56,825 nucleotides of DNA, filler included, from Sluysia triapertura (GCA_046118255.1; 4 parts of 4 records of this genome joined end to end with filler, not necessarily neighbours in it), one strand, 5' to 3'. Positions 38,633-52,612 are shown, counted from the whole stretch's first letter. Notes: generated from the sequence alone by a model not told the origin. Made by a program: numbers and translations.

Positions 38633-41099
38633 CCATCAAATGTACGTTCAGAATTTGATTCAGAATTTAGTGATATTTACAATATTTTAAAATTTGAAGC
38701 TAACATTAATATAAGACAATAACAGATGCTTGACAAGGTCACCAAATTAGGAATTATAATGACACTAGCTTACATAATGTTGACTCACATAACAGTTTTA
38801 ATGGTGGAAGTTCTGCATTCTTTTATAATATTGTATAAAAGCACATGTTTACTTTTTATCAATAAAGTTGTCGCATGATTTTCTCGAAGTTCAGGGATGA
38901 TAACTTGTATATAAATATTAATAACCTTCACTTTTAGATGCATGACAGTTTTCACAGTAAAAATGCATTCAATATTATTGTCATTCATTTCATGAATGAT
39001 AATTAAATGGGTCTAATGCATAAATTTACTAGTTATCGTTGCCATAATAAAAATCACAATTGTTCACAAATAATTTTAGTATTTTAAAAGAAATGTTCAG
39101 AATTTTCAAAAAAACGTCCGAAACAGGATGGTCTGCCAATCATAACCAGGATGAAATTTAATCATTACTTGGTTGTCATTAACAACAAAATTTTTATGCA
39201 GTGAAAATAATGCAATAACTTTCAATAATAAATATTTTACATTTATTGATTTTCTTTTACATTCTTATCTAGCATTTCACGTGGAACTAAAATTAAAGTA
39301 AAAAACCGACAATCATAAATGAAACAATTAAATCAATGAGTTCACCTGTGGCTAGTACGCTAGATTTTAGAGGTCAATTATAAAACTTTATAAATTTTGA
39401 GTGTGTTTGAATGAAATATTAATCTCTGGCAAGAGTTTAAACTTCTTTAATGTTGTTTTCACTTTATATTATTACTTATATTTATCTGGAGGTACAATCT
39501 TTCATTAATGTAAATTTCCTCTATTTACTAATTCTGCAAGTAAAATCTATACTTTGTCTATTACGTTTACCTTATCTGAAAGTGTGAATTCGAATACTCG
39601 TCACAGTTATTCGAGATACAAGTGTGCAATAAAAGTTCTAAAGTTTATTAATTTGAATTCTTGTATATGCTTTAATATTATTGGAAGATACTTTATTTTC
39701 TTCTATTAAACTCGATTTGTCTGATATTAATTCAACTTTAAACTCTTCAGTGCACTTTATAAGAATTTTTAAAACGTTTTTTTCTTTCTTAGTTTTAACT
39801 TAACTTTATAGTATATATCTAATTTTTAACTCTATTAAATTTTATTTTAAGCTATTAAATTCTTTTATAAAAGTACTTAATTCCACCCTATGTCTCTACT
39901 TTCAATCTTCTCTTTTCCTTTATTATAAAGAATAAAAACATACGATTATTTATTAAACGAACTATAGAATAATGAAATTAATATAATTAATGTTATAAAA
40001 ATTTATTTTTATTTTAGTTAAAATTAGATTATACATAAAAAATTAATTTTATTTTACTTTAGACTGGAAATAATTTTCACCTGTTGTATACAATTAGATT
40101 TCAATATCTCCAGGATTGTTGTCGTTGTGAAAATGTCTCAGTGTTTTCTCAAAATTAACAGTATCGTTATTACGAATCAGCAATAATTTCAGAGTTCTTA
40201 GCGTAGTTGTTACGAATTGACAATATTTCAGAGTTATTTGTGTTGTTATAAATTAGCAATAACCTCAAAATTATCAGCGTCGTTTTTTTTACCTTGAAAT
40301 TAGTATTTACATATATTTTACTACGCAGCTGTTACTACAAAATTATATAATAATTATTTCCAGTCAACATTATTAATCTAGAATTACCGTATAATAATAT
40401 ATCACAAAATTATTTACTAAATTATATCAACATTAAATTCACAAAATAGTCACAAAATTATATGTAATTCACTTATAATAATCACGAAATAGTTGTTTAT
40501 AAATAAAAATTATAATAATTATTGATAAAAATTAATTCCAATCAATATTATTTTATCGTAATCTTTAATTTAAGCCAATTTTGTTCGATAATAATGTTAA
40601 TTTTTAATTACATACTAGTTCTATTCAATCTCAATTTAATGTAATTTTATCGTACATATAATATAATATAATGCTCTTAAAGTTTGATATTATATTATTG
40701 TTATTGATTCTTATTTTAAAATAATTCCATTAACTATAATAGTGAGGTTTGATGTTTATAAATTTTAATTTCATATTGTCTTTATTGAATCTTACTCTAA
40801 AATGATTATTTAAACAATTTCAATTTAAATTAGATTGCTATTTGTTATTAAATTTTGAATTTATATTAACTGTATGTAATTTCATTTTAAATTGATACAT
40901 TATAATCTGAGTAATTATTTTGAGTATTATTTTTAAAAATTATTTTAACATTGTTTTATGATTATTTTAGAATTAAAATACATATGAATGATAATTATTT
41001 TAATATTATTCTTATAAAAATGATTATTATTTTTAAAATATGGACATTATTTTACAAAATGAGTATTGCAAAATATTACAGATTGGCTATAAAGGTATT

Positions 41100-41800
41100 A
41101 TGAAATGAACTCATTTAATGCTCTGAAGATTATCGTATATACATGTTACTCAGGCTATGATTCGTTAAAACTTTGCTTCCGAAAATTTTATTTTTCATTG
41201 ACTTTAAGTCATTATTTAGTTTACGAGATTATTTAAAATCTCTTCAAATTTTCTTGTAACTTTGACAATGAAGTACTATATTCCCCATGAAGCATGATTC
41301 CACATGTAATTGATCGGTTGTCTTTCATTCAAATTAATTCATCACTCACACATAATCATAAGGTTATTATGTCTCAATGAAATTTTTTATTATTTCTAAA
41401 AGATTTCAGGACTTCTGTAATCTAAGCATTTGTAAATTATTGTCATTATTTTGAATACTATTCTTGTTTTTATTGGAAACTAATATAATTCCTTAAGATA
41501 AGGTGTTACGTGAGATCTTCGTTCCACTTGGAAAATTAGTCTTGCTGCTTGATTAATTATTAATTGTAATTTTTCACTTTTCTACGTGAAATTGAGTACA
41601 ACAAACCATTGTCAAAATCTATGTTGCTAGTTATCAATGAATGAACAATAAGTTTAGCTATTTCTTCATTAATAAATTTTAGAATACGCAATATTTTATT
41701 TACACTTTTTGACAAAACAATTAAAATTTTTGAATCCATATAACAACCTATATTTCGTACTTTTTTTCGTACTTCGCATCTAGTGTCGTGCCACCTATAA
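41100..41800 (-). mobile_element. Non-LTR retrotransposon (L2/CR1/Crack-like) ORF2 3' remnant
   Basis: VRNIGCYMDS...KLIVHSLITSNIDFDNGLL...HVTPYLKELY*FPIKTRIVFKIMTIIYKCL resembles LVHALI.SRLDYCNSLL...HITP.LK.LHWLPI..RI.FKI. Confidence 0.75.
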
Positions 41801-41994
41801 TTAACTTTGTTTCATTTATTTTGGTATTGTCGCTATTTTTATCACTGAAGATTATAAATGACTTTTCCTCACTGATTTCCAAGAATATATTTCCAAACCA
41901 TTTTATCAATTGAGATACTGATTCTTTTGTTCTTTAAATAGGTTTTTCTATGTTTTTCATTTCATTATTATTTTATTCTTATATTTACTGCTGC

Positions 41995-42041
<47 letters not shown>

Positions 42042-42426
42042 TAATATTATTATCATTATTATATCATTTCCACTGTTACTATTATTGTGTTAGTTTTTTA
42101 TTTTTAATTTATAAAATCTATACTTGACAATTAAAATATCAACCAATACTTAGTATTGATAATTAAAATCAATTTCGGTATTATTTTAGTGCTAATCACA
42201 CTATCGAGTATTCCATTTTTATATGCAAGTATTTTCAAAAAGACAGTTATGATCAAGAATTTCGTAAGTGTCCCATAAAATTAAACTAAATCACAATGAA
42301 TATTAACATAATGATAGGTAAATATTCTTATTTAATTCATAATATATTTGAATTCCAATTTATGCAAATAAATTACAGAAAGAAATCGTACTTGTGCATT
42401 AGAAACATAAAGTTGCTTTATTTAAA

Positions 42427-42562
42427 NNNNNNNNNNNNNNNNNNNNNNNNNNNNNNNNNNNNNNNNNNNNNNNNNNNNNNNNNNNNNNNNNNNNNNNNNN
42501 NNNNNNNNNNNNNNNNNNNNNNNNNNNNNNNNNNNNNNNNNNNNNNNNNNNNNNNNNNNNNN
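42427..42562. other. Scaffold gap
   Basis: Plain N run. Confidence 0.95.
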
Positions 42563-43330
42563 GAGAATGTGACCGAATAAACGTATTAGAATTGTATTCC
42601 GTAATTCTGACAATTGATTGGTTGGCACTATTAGTTTGATATAATTTTTCTGAAATCGCTCGACTTCTCATCAAACACCGACCATTTTCTTTGTCAATCC
42701 ATAATCGCCGAAGAAAAATATACTCTCTATTAATTATAATTATAAGTTTAATAAAGGTATTGATTTGTATATCATTGTAAGAGTTTCGTTTAAATAAAGG
42801 TTATCGAATTAAGCAAAAATTAAATAAATTATTTCCTTTATCGTTTTTATTCGTTTCTCACTCAACAAAATATTAACATATTTTATGTACCACAAAATAG
42901 TATTAAACCTTTCCAGTTCACCTTTCCTTAGAATATTGAACCGAAATAAACTACTAATGTGGATAACTATAAAATACTTCTTCATAAAGGTAATATCAAA
43001 CGTACAACTCCGAATTTCTTTTTAATTATGCTTACATTATGCTTTCACTTTCTACATTAATTTATCGTCTAACATAGGTATTTATATCAGATTAGGGAGG
43101 CGTTTGTGGAGCGCGTGATGTATGTTGTATAAGAGTTGTAATAAGAATGGAGTTTGTAGATAATTTGAATCAATCAACAAACAAATTCACATTAAAATGC
43201 ATATCTAAAACAGGTGATTCCTAAATGGATAAGCCAGTGACATTGTCTTACATATGAAACGACAAGGAGTTTAGGAGAGTGTGCCTTTTTACGAATTTAA
43301 GCCTGCTCTAAGGAGTATTCTTTTGTTCTT
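42563..43330 (-). mobile_element. Highly degenerate LINE reverse-transcriptase remnant
   Basis: NLFVD*FKL (like LFADD), VERFQKNYIKLI and IRLFGHIL occur in the expected order. Confidence 0.45.
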
Positions 43331-44881
43331 AACGATATTGTAAAATAGCATTGTTGTTAATAATAATAATAGCAATAACAATACTAAGTCTTAAATATTG
43401 TTTATATTTCATATTAAATAAAAACAATTTAGTCTGCAATTAAATATCTACAAATTCATTTATTAATTAATTTAACTTATCAAATTGAATGTATAACTTA
43501 AACAATAGAGTTTGGATGTAGTCAATACTTTAAATTATCAGTCTTAAAATGGGGCATTGTTTACAATGAAATTTACATAAAATCAATAATTTATACCTAT
43601 TTCTAATTTTCTGAAAATCAATTAAAAGAAAAGATTATATTAGTAAAGTAAATCATATATTTATATAAAGTTGTGATAAAATGTTATTAAAATAAAATTA
43701 ACATCTAATGAGTTAACCCTGTTATCTAAAGTTCGATATTTTTGCAAAGTTAGGTTATAAATATTCTATGTGAATATACTATTTATTGACGGACAAATGG
43801 ACCGATTTAGTATCAATGCAACTTAAATTATAAAATGTCAGCTATTTAAATAAATGTGACTCAATATTAATTGTACAACAAATACCTTTAACTCGAACAG
43901 CAATTGAATATCTTCGATGAATAACTTCTTCAATAAATAATCGAATACCAAAATGATATTCGAATCGATACTTGTAACCAAATTAAATACTTGAAACCAA
44001 ATCTATTCCTTGTAAGAATGTGTTGATAAAACCCATCTATTTATATTTGATTTTTCCATAATAATGACATTTTCCAATTTTTATAGTACAGTAATATATA
44101 GTAAAATTACTTTTTTGATATTATTTCATTTACACTATAGTTTGTTATTATTTTATAGTATATATGTTATTATTTTTCTTTCTTACTTTTAATTACTTTT
44201 ATTTTATTCACTTTGTTGTTTACTATTATGTATGTTATTACTTTTTGACTTAATTTTTAATTTAATTTATCTTAATTTTTACATTTTTAGCATTTTTGTA
44301 AAAGAACTTTTCATTTTGAAAATATAAACAAATCTTAATTTTAATATTGCATGTATAAAATTAACATTTAATTACAGAGATTTGATAAACATTGTTAATA
44401 TCTAGATCATCTTTAGAGTTACTTTAGCTTTCTTGTTGAAGAAAAAATTAAATTACACAACTTCAAAATTTGTCAAAAAATTTTATGTAAATAATAAATT
44501 TGTAACCCTTTATACTAAATTTAAAATTTTATTAATCGATAATCTTTTTTGATTAAATTTAAACTTTCAGAAATCAATCTCGTTAATCTTAGCGGAACAC
44601 TAATCAAAAGTTATCCAAAGACATTTTTTCGTTATCCTCCAGTTATTCCAATTTACTTTCGACGCTGACATCTATGCATCGGCCCTTCAATGTGTAAGTC
44701 CGGTGTCATAGAGAACTCACGAGTGTAAACACAGAGAAGTAAAAAATAAAAAATTAAAAGTTTTAATTATTTTAATTTTCCAAAACTCATTCTCACAAAT
44801 ATAATAATCATAATAAATATAATACTGAAAATAAAATTGAAATATTATTTAAATAATACACAAAAACGATATTAACCAAAC

Positions 44882-45048
44882 CTTTTCGACAAAGGATATG
44901 GATATTCGGCAATCCAATGGACAACATCTGTTTTTGTTTTTGATTCTGTTTCTAAGACATCAATCTCACTGACATTATCATCCCATATTACTCTATATTT
45001 AGAATCAACTTGACATTCGATAAATGATTTAGCTGAGACATCATTGTA
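44882..45048 (-). CDS. STARD7: START-domain lipid-transfer protein exon (STARD7/PCTP-like)
   Basis: YNDVSAKSFIECQVDSKYRVIWDDNVSEIDVLETESKTKTDVVHWIAEYPYPLSKR vs STARD7 YTDVTPRQFFNVQLDTEYRKKWD..V.....E......EVLHW...FPYPMYSR. AG|GT donor at 44881. Cut by the gap and absent from the ORF track. Confidence 0.8.
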
Positions 45049-45148
45049 NNNNNNNNNNNNNNNNNNNNNNNNNNNNNNNNNNNNNNNNNNNNTTAATTAA
45101 TTAANNNNNNNNNNNNNNNNNNNNNNNNNNNNNNNNNNNNNNNNNNNN
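45049..45148. other. Artificial contig linker
   Basis: N-TTAATTAATTAA-N, 100 bp. Confidence 0.95.
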
Positions 45149-45400
45149 TGGTTGCCAATAAAAGCAAGAATAGAATTCAAAATCATGACAATAATTTACA
45201 AATGCGCTTACATTACGGAAGTCCTCAGTATCTCTTAGAAATAATAAAAAATATTTCATTGAGACATAATAATAATCTAAACAGTATCCACAGTGATAAT
45301 AAGCGTTAGGTGATAGGTTATATTTTTCAAAAATATACAACCAGTACCACCAGATAATCTCAAATTGCTGGAAGATTATGAATTATTTAAGAAAAAGGAA
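45149..45400 (+). mobile_element. L2-like LINE 3' fragment, paralog of 41100-41500
   Basis: WLPIKARIEFKIMTIIYKC, with reverse-complement nucleotide similarity to 41370-41480. Confidence 0.72.
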
Positions 45401-46223
45401 AAGTTCTTTCTGTTGAGAAATATTTATTCAGTGAATGATTAATTTTATGCTGAGTACTTACTTTGTAGCAGATATGAGCGCAATATAAATTAATATATTA
45501 TCATTATTATTATGTAAAAATTTTTTTGTTAATTAATAATTATACCAATAATTTTTCTGAAAAATCGTGTATCTTTTTTAGTCGGTTCTACATTGTATTC
45601 GTAATCTAGAAGCACAGCCTATTCAAAAATCGTGAAATATTATTCGATCATAAAGATGAAAATATATCTTTCAAATGTAGATTTAATAGTGAAAATGAAA
45701 GTGATGGATGCATTCATTAACAATGCAGAGCATTCATTCCCCTTTCTACGAAAATAAAACCAGGTTGTTGTTGCCACAAGCCTTACCAAAGTACATTGTA
45801 TTCGGAGAAAGTTTAAGTACTTGACTTAACATGAAACCTCTTACAGGATATATCATCTCTAAGTATAGCATTTCAATCTGTATTAGGATATCACAATTAC
45901 GACTACCGAAAAGCGTTGCATAAAGCCAGAGAGACAAGTTTCTTTACATCTCAAATATTAGTTCCAATTCGTATTCGTTAAATTACCACTTTGTAACGTC
46001 CTTCGAGTTATGTAAAAATTTACTTTTCACGTCGAAACACGTCTTATTGTTAAATTGATGTTCGAAATAGTGTCTAAAGAACCAAGCAAAATGATTCATA
46101 TTGTAATTTGATTTTTGAAATGCGGTTAAGCAACTGAATGGCCTGAATAATAATGAATAATGTGAAGTCAAATGAGGTATTTGTAAAGCATGGAGTTCTC
46201 TATTTGGTGGTCCTCTTACATAG

Positions 46224-46980
46224 ACAGTGTTTCAAGTATAATTGAATTATAAATACCAAAAGTAATCGAACCGCAAATTTAAATAAAAATTAGATATCAA
46301 AAACAACAAATGTAATTTCCAATTTGTCATTTTATGTTATCTCCGCTACTATTGTTGCATGATCTTATTGATTTTGTTCTGACGTCATTGCTTGATTTTT
46401 GTTCAGCGTACGCTTCTGGACCCTCATTCTTAAAAATGCAGCGAAGGACTGAATAGGCAGGAAATCATATACAATTGTGTTTATTGCGACCTTGAGAATT
46501 CCATCACATTATTGAAACAAAAATCAATTTTCCTCGAATCAATCTAGGCTGGAACGTTACCTTGATATCTGAAGGCTAAAATGTTTCTTATTGTTAATGA
46601 GTTCCTCCATTTCGTTGATCTTCATTTTCAAGAAGATGGAGCAAACAAAGATGTTCGAAAATGGCTTGATGAAACATTTCCTGGACGTTGGATTGGACAA
46701 GGGGGACCAATCGAATGGCCTGGCAGATCCCCGGATATGACACCGCCTGATTATTTTCTATGGGGAGTTCTATAGAACGCAGTTTATGCTAAAAAGCCTA
46801 GGACAATTGATCAAATAAAACAAAGTATTCAGCATGAATGTCGCAGTGTTGTCAAAAGATGTCGTGCTTGTATTAAACTTCAAGGTGGACATTTTGAACA
46901 TTTGTAAATACTAATTATATCTAATAAATTTGTCGTTTTTGATATCTAATTTCTATTTAAGTTTGCGGTTCGGTTACTAA
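46224..46980 (+). mobile_element. Internally deleted Tc1/mariner-superfamily element
   Basis: FQEDGA..VRKWLDETFPGRWIG..GPIEWPGRSPDMTPPDYFLWG...GGHFEHL, with inverted repeats at about 46261-46315 and 46925-46978. Confidence 0.88.
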
Positions 46981-47001
46981 TTATATACATATATTAGCGT
47001 A

Positions 47002-47950
47002 GTACTCCCTCTGTCCGAAAATATGGTATACATTTGCTAAAATGTAAACTAAAATTTAACATAAAAATTATATTATATGTATTTTAAAACAAAATATAAT
47101 TAAATACAAATAATTTTATTATTATACAAATTTAATTAAAATAAGATTTAACCCTATTGAAGCTTCTTCGGAACATAAATATTTTTCAGTTAATGGACCC
47201 TCTCGATGATGTTTTGTCTTAGTTATATGAGGAATTTTATAAGAATTGTCTCCACTCGTTAGCATAATTGATTTCACGCGTGTGTTATCACGAGTATTTA
47301 TTTCTAATTTATTAAATCAATTTTGAACACAATCAATCAATTCATGTTGCAAATCAAGTAGATTTAAATCAGAGTTATTTGGAAGTTGTGATTTAAATTT
47401 AATATTCCAACAATATCTCCTTCTTCATTATCAGAGAAATGCGGTTTTGCATTATTTTGCTGTACATAAATTGATTTGTTGTTATAGGTTTTCGAAATTT
47501 TCATTTAATTGCTGTAATAACATTTTCTACAATCATTTTTTTTCAGATTGCACTTTTTTCGTTATTATGTTCTTTTAGGTCTGTTCTTAGCGGTTCTTGA
47601 CATACGAAGGGCCATATTGCAATTGTAGTGTCAAAATAATGCTTTCAATGTGTATCTCATAGCGTGGTCGAACCACAGCAGCCAAGAATATCACTTTAAT
47701 GATAAATCTTTTGCTGTTGCAGTTTCTGCCCGGTTCTTCTTCGTCTAGCATTAGGTCGATTTGAACGTAGTCGCATACATCATCAAAAAGAAAATCTCCG
47801 TTATCTTTCCAATTTATGTTTATCCGTTCAAGCAGGTTTAACTTTAGGAGATATTCGATTAATACAAAGTGATTTTGGAATATTAATTGCGACAGAAAGA
47901 CTGCGAATCGATCCTCGACTCATTCGAATGGTGTATTATTTATTTGGTCT
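47002..47950 (-). mobile_element. Degenerate DD39D (plant-type mariner, Stowaway-associated) element
   Basis: TA|CTCCCTCTGTCC end. The minus strand reads SIRSLSVAINIPKS, SKRFIIKVIFLAAVVRPRY, IAIWPFV, IYVQQNNAKPH and QLPNNSDLNLLDL. Confidence 0.8.
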
Positions 47951-48147
47951 GTGATTTAAGTGAAATGTGTTTATTGAAAAATATAAAATACAAATATCGT
48001 AAATTTGTGTCATTTTTTGAAGATTGGGAATTTGAGAAGACTTGGCAGACTTAATCTAATTTAGTTTGAATAATGAGTGTCAGTTTCAGAGAGTGCAAAT
48101 TGTGTTATTTGTTAATTACAGATTTTAGGGATAAATAGTTATTTAAT

Positions 48148-51100
48148 GTAAAGAAGTAGAAAAAGGAATCAGAGAGGTGAAGGTGAAAACATCTAGAGCC
48201 TCCTGAATAAATAAATAACTTTAGAACCTCAATGAAACCTTTAATATGTTTAAAGATTAAATAAGATTAAGTCTAAAAATAGATTACTTAATTAAAATCT
48301 TAATTAATACCATTAAGAAAAAGCACTATTTTGTGAATAATGTTGGAATGCGAAATGCTATGTTAAATTTGAAACTGCGTTTGTATTTGTTTTAAAAAGA
48401 TCTTTCGGTGAAGATATGTTTGACAGAGTTCATGCCAGGAAAGTCTTAATATTGAGCAAAGTCAAATTTTAATTAATTCTTAATTATGGAATGTTGGATT
48501 ATTTTTATCTTAGGATGATGCAAATATGAATTGAATATGAGATGATTGTCATGAAAGAGGAGAATATAGAATTGAATTTGAGAATGACAGCCTTAAACAT
48601 TGCGTGTGAAAAATTAAAAATCAATTGAATTATAGATACAAAAATTAAATTTATTATTTTTATATATGTTAATAATGTTAGTGTTTTTTATTTTGATGTG
48701 GGAAATAATTGAAGTAAAAATGAAAAAAAGTAATAAATGAACAAATTAATGTTTGACAGAACGTACTGTGCAATTGTTAGAATTGTTATTGTCGGTCTAA
48801 TTCTCACAGAATGTTCTGATGATTTGTATGAGAGAATGTTAGATTGTTGGATGATGAGAAAGTAATATAATAACAGTTATGTTCATGTATGAGTAATTTT
48901 ATATATTATTTTATTTTATTTAAAAATAATAATCAATAAATCGATAATAATTTTGATTTTTAGAGACTCCATGCCCAAGTTATGTTTTTGATAAAATCAT
49001 TAAATATTTAACTGAGTGATTTTGAGTCGATAACATTAAAATTAAGAATCAATCAACAATGGTTTATTGATTAAACTCTTGGCATTGTTAGTATTATCAT
49101 AAAATCACCGTTAACTAATTGATATTAATCACAGTTTATAGACATCTCGATATTTGATTGCTAACTGTGAGATTAGTTACATTTAGTTAGTTCATTAGTG
49201 TAATTGTAATAATCGTATCTCATTGAATCTGTTTTACCTTAACAAATTTATTTCTATTATTGTTAAAGAAGAGACTGATAGTGATTTTGTGATTTCGTGG
49301 AGATCTCAGTTAAATTAATTATTGTTACGTAATTAAAATAGGTGAAACAGAATCAAAATATATTTCCAATAATCACTGTAAGTAAAAAACAAAAGCTCTA
49401 TTCCATAATTTTATTAAAACCTTCAAATGATTCTCTTGTGACCAGGATTTTTATTTCGAATAGCTGCTTTTCATAGATTTTAATCAATATTTCCTCACAA
49501 ACTTAGAACATTATTATTATCATCATCATCATTATTATCACTATTATTATTATTATCATCGCAATTATTATTATCATTATCATCGTAATTATTATTATCA
49601 TTATTATCTTCGTTATTATCACTATTATTATTATTATGATTATGATTATGAATAATGTCCTAAGTTAATAGGTTTTAGTTATACTTATTTTTGAAATTTA
49701 TCTTCTTTTCTCGCGTAACCCAATCAAAATGAAGATTACCTTGGGTTGGAACCAATGATTGAAAACAAAAATAATAATTACTGGATGAACTGACAGAGCA
49801 TAGAGCCACTTGTAAGCGTCAAAAAGCGACACGCTAATTAATTATGCTCCAGATTTGTCAGTTCATCCATGTCGATCTTGTTTAATATCGCAATGCTAAC
49901 GAATACTAACGAATTATCTCAATGTCGAATAGGATTACATCGAGTCCACACAGATTCGCACATTGTGCATTAAGCAATTTATCAATGGTTTCAACAAGTT
50001 TGAACCTGAAACCCAAAGATTTTATAATTCGATTATTATTATTAGTATCATCATTATTATTCCCACCACCACCTCCACCACCACCAGTATCATCATTATT
50101 AATATTATTACTATTAGTAACAGATGATGCTGCTTCATAGTTATAATTGCTGCTACCACTGCTGTCCGCAGAGTACAATTTCAGTTGCAACTTAATCATA
50201 TGATTAATCGAATAATTGGTCCAATAGTTCGCAATAACTCGTACGGAAAATTTAGCTGATAATTTATGAGATGTAACTGTGTTGATGATAATACTGAAAT
50301 TAAATTAATTATTTATCTACTATCTACTATTTATTACAGTGAGTAGATTAAAATTGATAATATTTGTAATTAAATAAGCATTTCTTTATTTTCATAAATA
50401 AAAACTTGAGTAAATCTCACTTTATGTAGAACCGTTGGGTCGGTGTTTTAATAATCGAGTATTGAACAAATAGAAAAATCGTTGCAGAGTTTTGAGTTAC
50501 ATAAAATGAAATTTAGAAACTTATGGCATTATTTAAATTCGAATTTTTTGAAATTTATATTGTTAGTTTTCACAAAAATGATACCAAAAAAAAATTTCGA
50601 CTCTTTCTTCATTTTAGTGCACTCTTTAGCTTTATTGTTATCTTGTATAATTGTGTATTAGTTATTGTGTTGTAATATTTTCAAATATTTCCGTCTATAC
50701 TTTCTCATTACCCAATCAAATGTTGAGTTTCGCAAGAAAACACTCTCTTCCACAAATCATCAGAAGATCCTTTGAGGATTAAAAGGACATTAGTAACTTT
50801 GACAATTACGTTTAAGGCCCGTCAAGCTTTATAAAAATGCCAATAAAATATCAATAACTAGTATTGTTGACATACATAACAATAATGAATTTAACTTTAG
50901 TTTTTAGAAGTCAATTGATTTTTAGTTTTTCATACTCAATTTTCTAATGGAAAACCACTTCTAGATTCTCCTCTCTCATAACAATAATCTCATATTCAAT
51001 TCATTATATTTGCATCATTCTAAGTATAAAAATTCAACTTTCCATAATTAAGAATTAATTAAAATTTGACTTTGCTCAATATTAAGACTTTATTAAGGTT

Positions 51101-51178
51101 CTAAAGTTGTTTAGTACTTCATAAGGCTCTAGATACTTTCACATTCACTACTCTGAATGCTTTTTCTACTTCTTTATG
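48148..51178. repeat. Large diverged inverted repeat (arms about 48148-48600 and 50900-51178)
   Basis: aagtcttaatattgagcaaagtcaaattttaattaattcttaattatggaa at about 48441 is the exact reverse complement of about 51040-51090. Further colinear blocks are present. Confidence 0.75.
49510..49655. repeat. Degenerate (ATT/ATC)n microsatellite
   Basis: Visible trinucleotide run. Confidence 0.85.
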
Positions 51179-51885
51179 TCGATTAAAGTATATAATTTAA
51201 AATGATTTAAATGTTTACAAAATCTCAAATTTAAGGGTACTTTAATTCTCAAAAACATTTTCCAAGTTTTTATTCGATTTTAAAAAATAAAACTAACAAG
51301 AAAAGATATTCTTCGTTTCGAACATGATGTTTTAATGGAAGGCCATACAGTTCATTGTCATTGGTCAATCCTATCCAATCATCGTCAGACACTTTCACCA
51401 TATCTTAGAAATAAATTAGAACTATATAAACAATACAAAATATAATAATTGTTATAATGATAATAACCACTTTACGCATGATTTTTTTCGACAAGACCGT
51501 GAAGAAATGATTACGTTTTTAACCTAGATTTATAAAAAGTCACAAAAATTAAAAGAAAAGTATTTTGAGATTAAAAAATGGGAAATTTAATATTAATTGA
51601 ATAAAAAACTTTATTTGCTAATTTTTATTGATAATATATAACATATAATTAAATATTTTCGTTATGACCCATGCCCGAGTTAACTCGGGCTTATGTGTTA
51701 AGTGGTTAAGCAGTACATTTACAGTTAATTTTTGTTTGCATTTGTGAATTATGAAATTCCAAAATGCAAACAAATATCACAAATTTAGTTACGTAATCAA
51801 AATTAATTAGTTATTGGTTTAATGTATAATTTAAAGCAGGTATTTTTACAAAAAAATTAAAAAGTAGTTTTTTTCCAAAATTTAG

Positions 51886-52578
51886 ATATTGGTCGACACG
51901 GTGTGGGCTTTGTCTTATTTAACCGATGGTGGAAATGATCAGATACAAATGGTTATTGATGCTGATATAGTAAAGTTTTTGGTACCATTATTAAGTCACA
52001 ACGATGTGAAAGTACAAACTGCTGCTCTTAGAGCAGTTGGAAACATTGTTACTGGTACTGATGAACAAACACAGTATGTATTAAATTACGAAGCTCTTTA
52101 TCATTTTCCACAATTACTACAACATTCTAAAGAAAAAATTAACAAAGAGGCTGTTTGGTTTTTATCCAACATTACTGCAGGAAACCAAGAACAAGTACAG
52201 GCTGTTATTAATGCCAATTTAATACCACTTATTATTCGACATTTGGACAAAGGGGATTTTCAGACTCAGAAAGAAGCTGCCTGGGTAATATCAAATTTGA
52301 CAATAAGTGGAACTCCAGCACAAGTTGCATATGTGGTACAATTGGGTGTGATTCCACCATTCTGCCGTATGCTTACAGTAAGAGATGCTCAAGTAGTTCA
52401 AGTTGTATTGGACGGTATATTAAACATTTTGAAGGTCGCCAGTGATCAAGCTGATGTTGTCTGCAACATGATTGAAGAATGTGGTGGATTAGATTTAATA
52501 GAGCAATTGCAACATCACGAAAATGGTGAAATTTACAAACTCGCGTTTGATATTATCGATAATTTTTTTAACGATGAG
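51886..52578 (+). CDS. KPNA3: Importin subunit alpha (alpha-3/alpha-4 clade), ARM-repeat exon
   Basis: [25 protein letters not shown]...[18 protein letters not shown]...[14 protein letters not shown]...QKEAAW..SN...[17 protein letters not shown]. tttag acceptor and GAG|GT donor. KPNA3 and KPNA4 cannot be told apart here. Confidence 0.95.
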
Positions 52579-52612
52579 GTAATTTTATAAATTTCCTTTA
52601 ATATTTTCTTAG

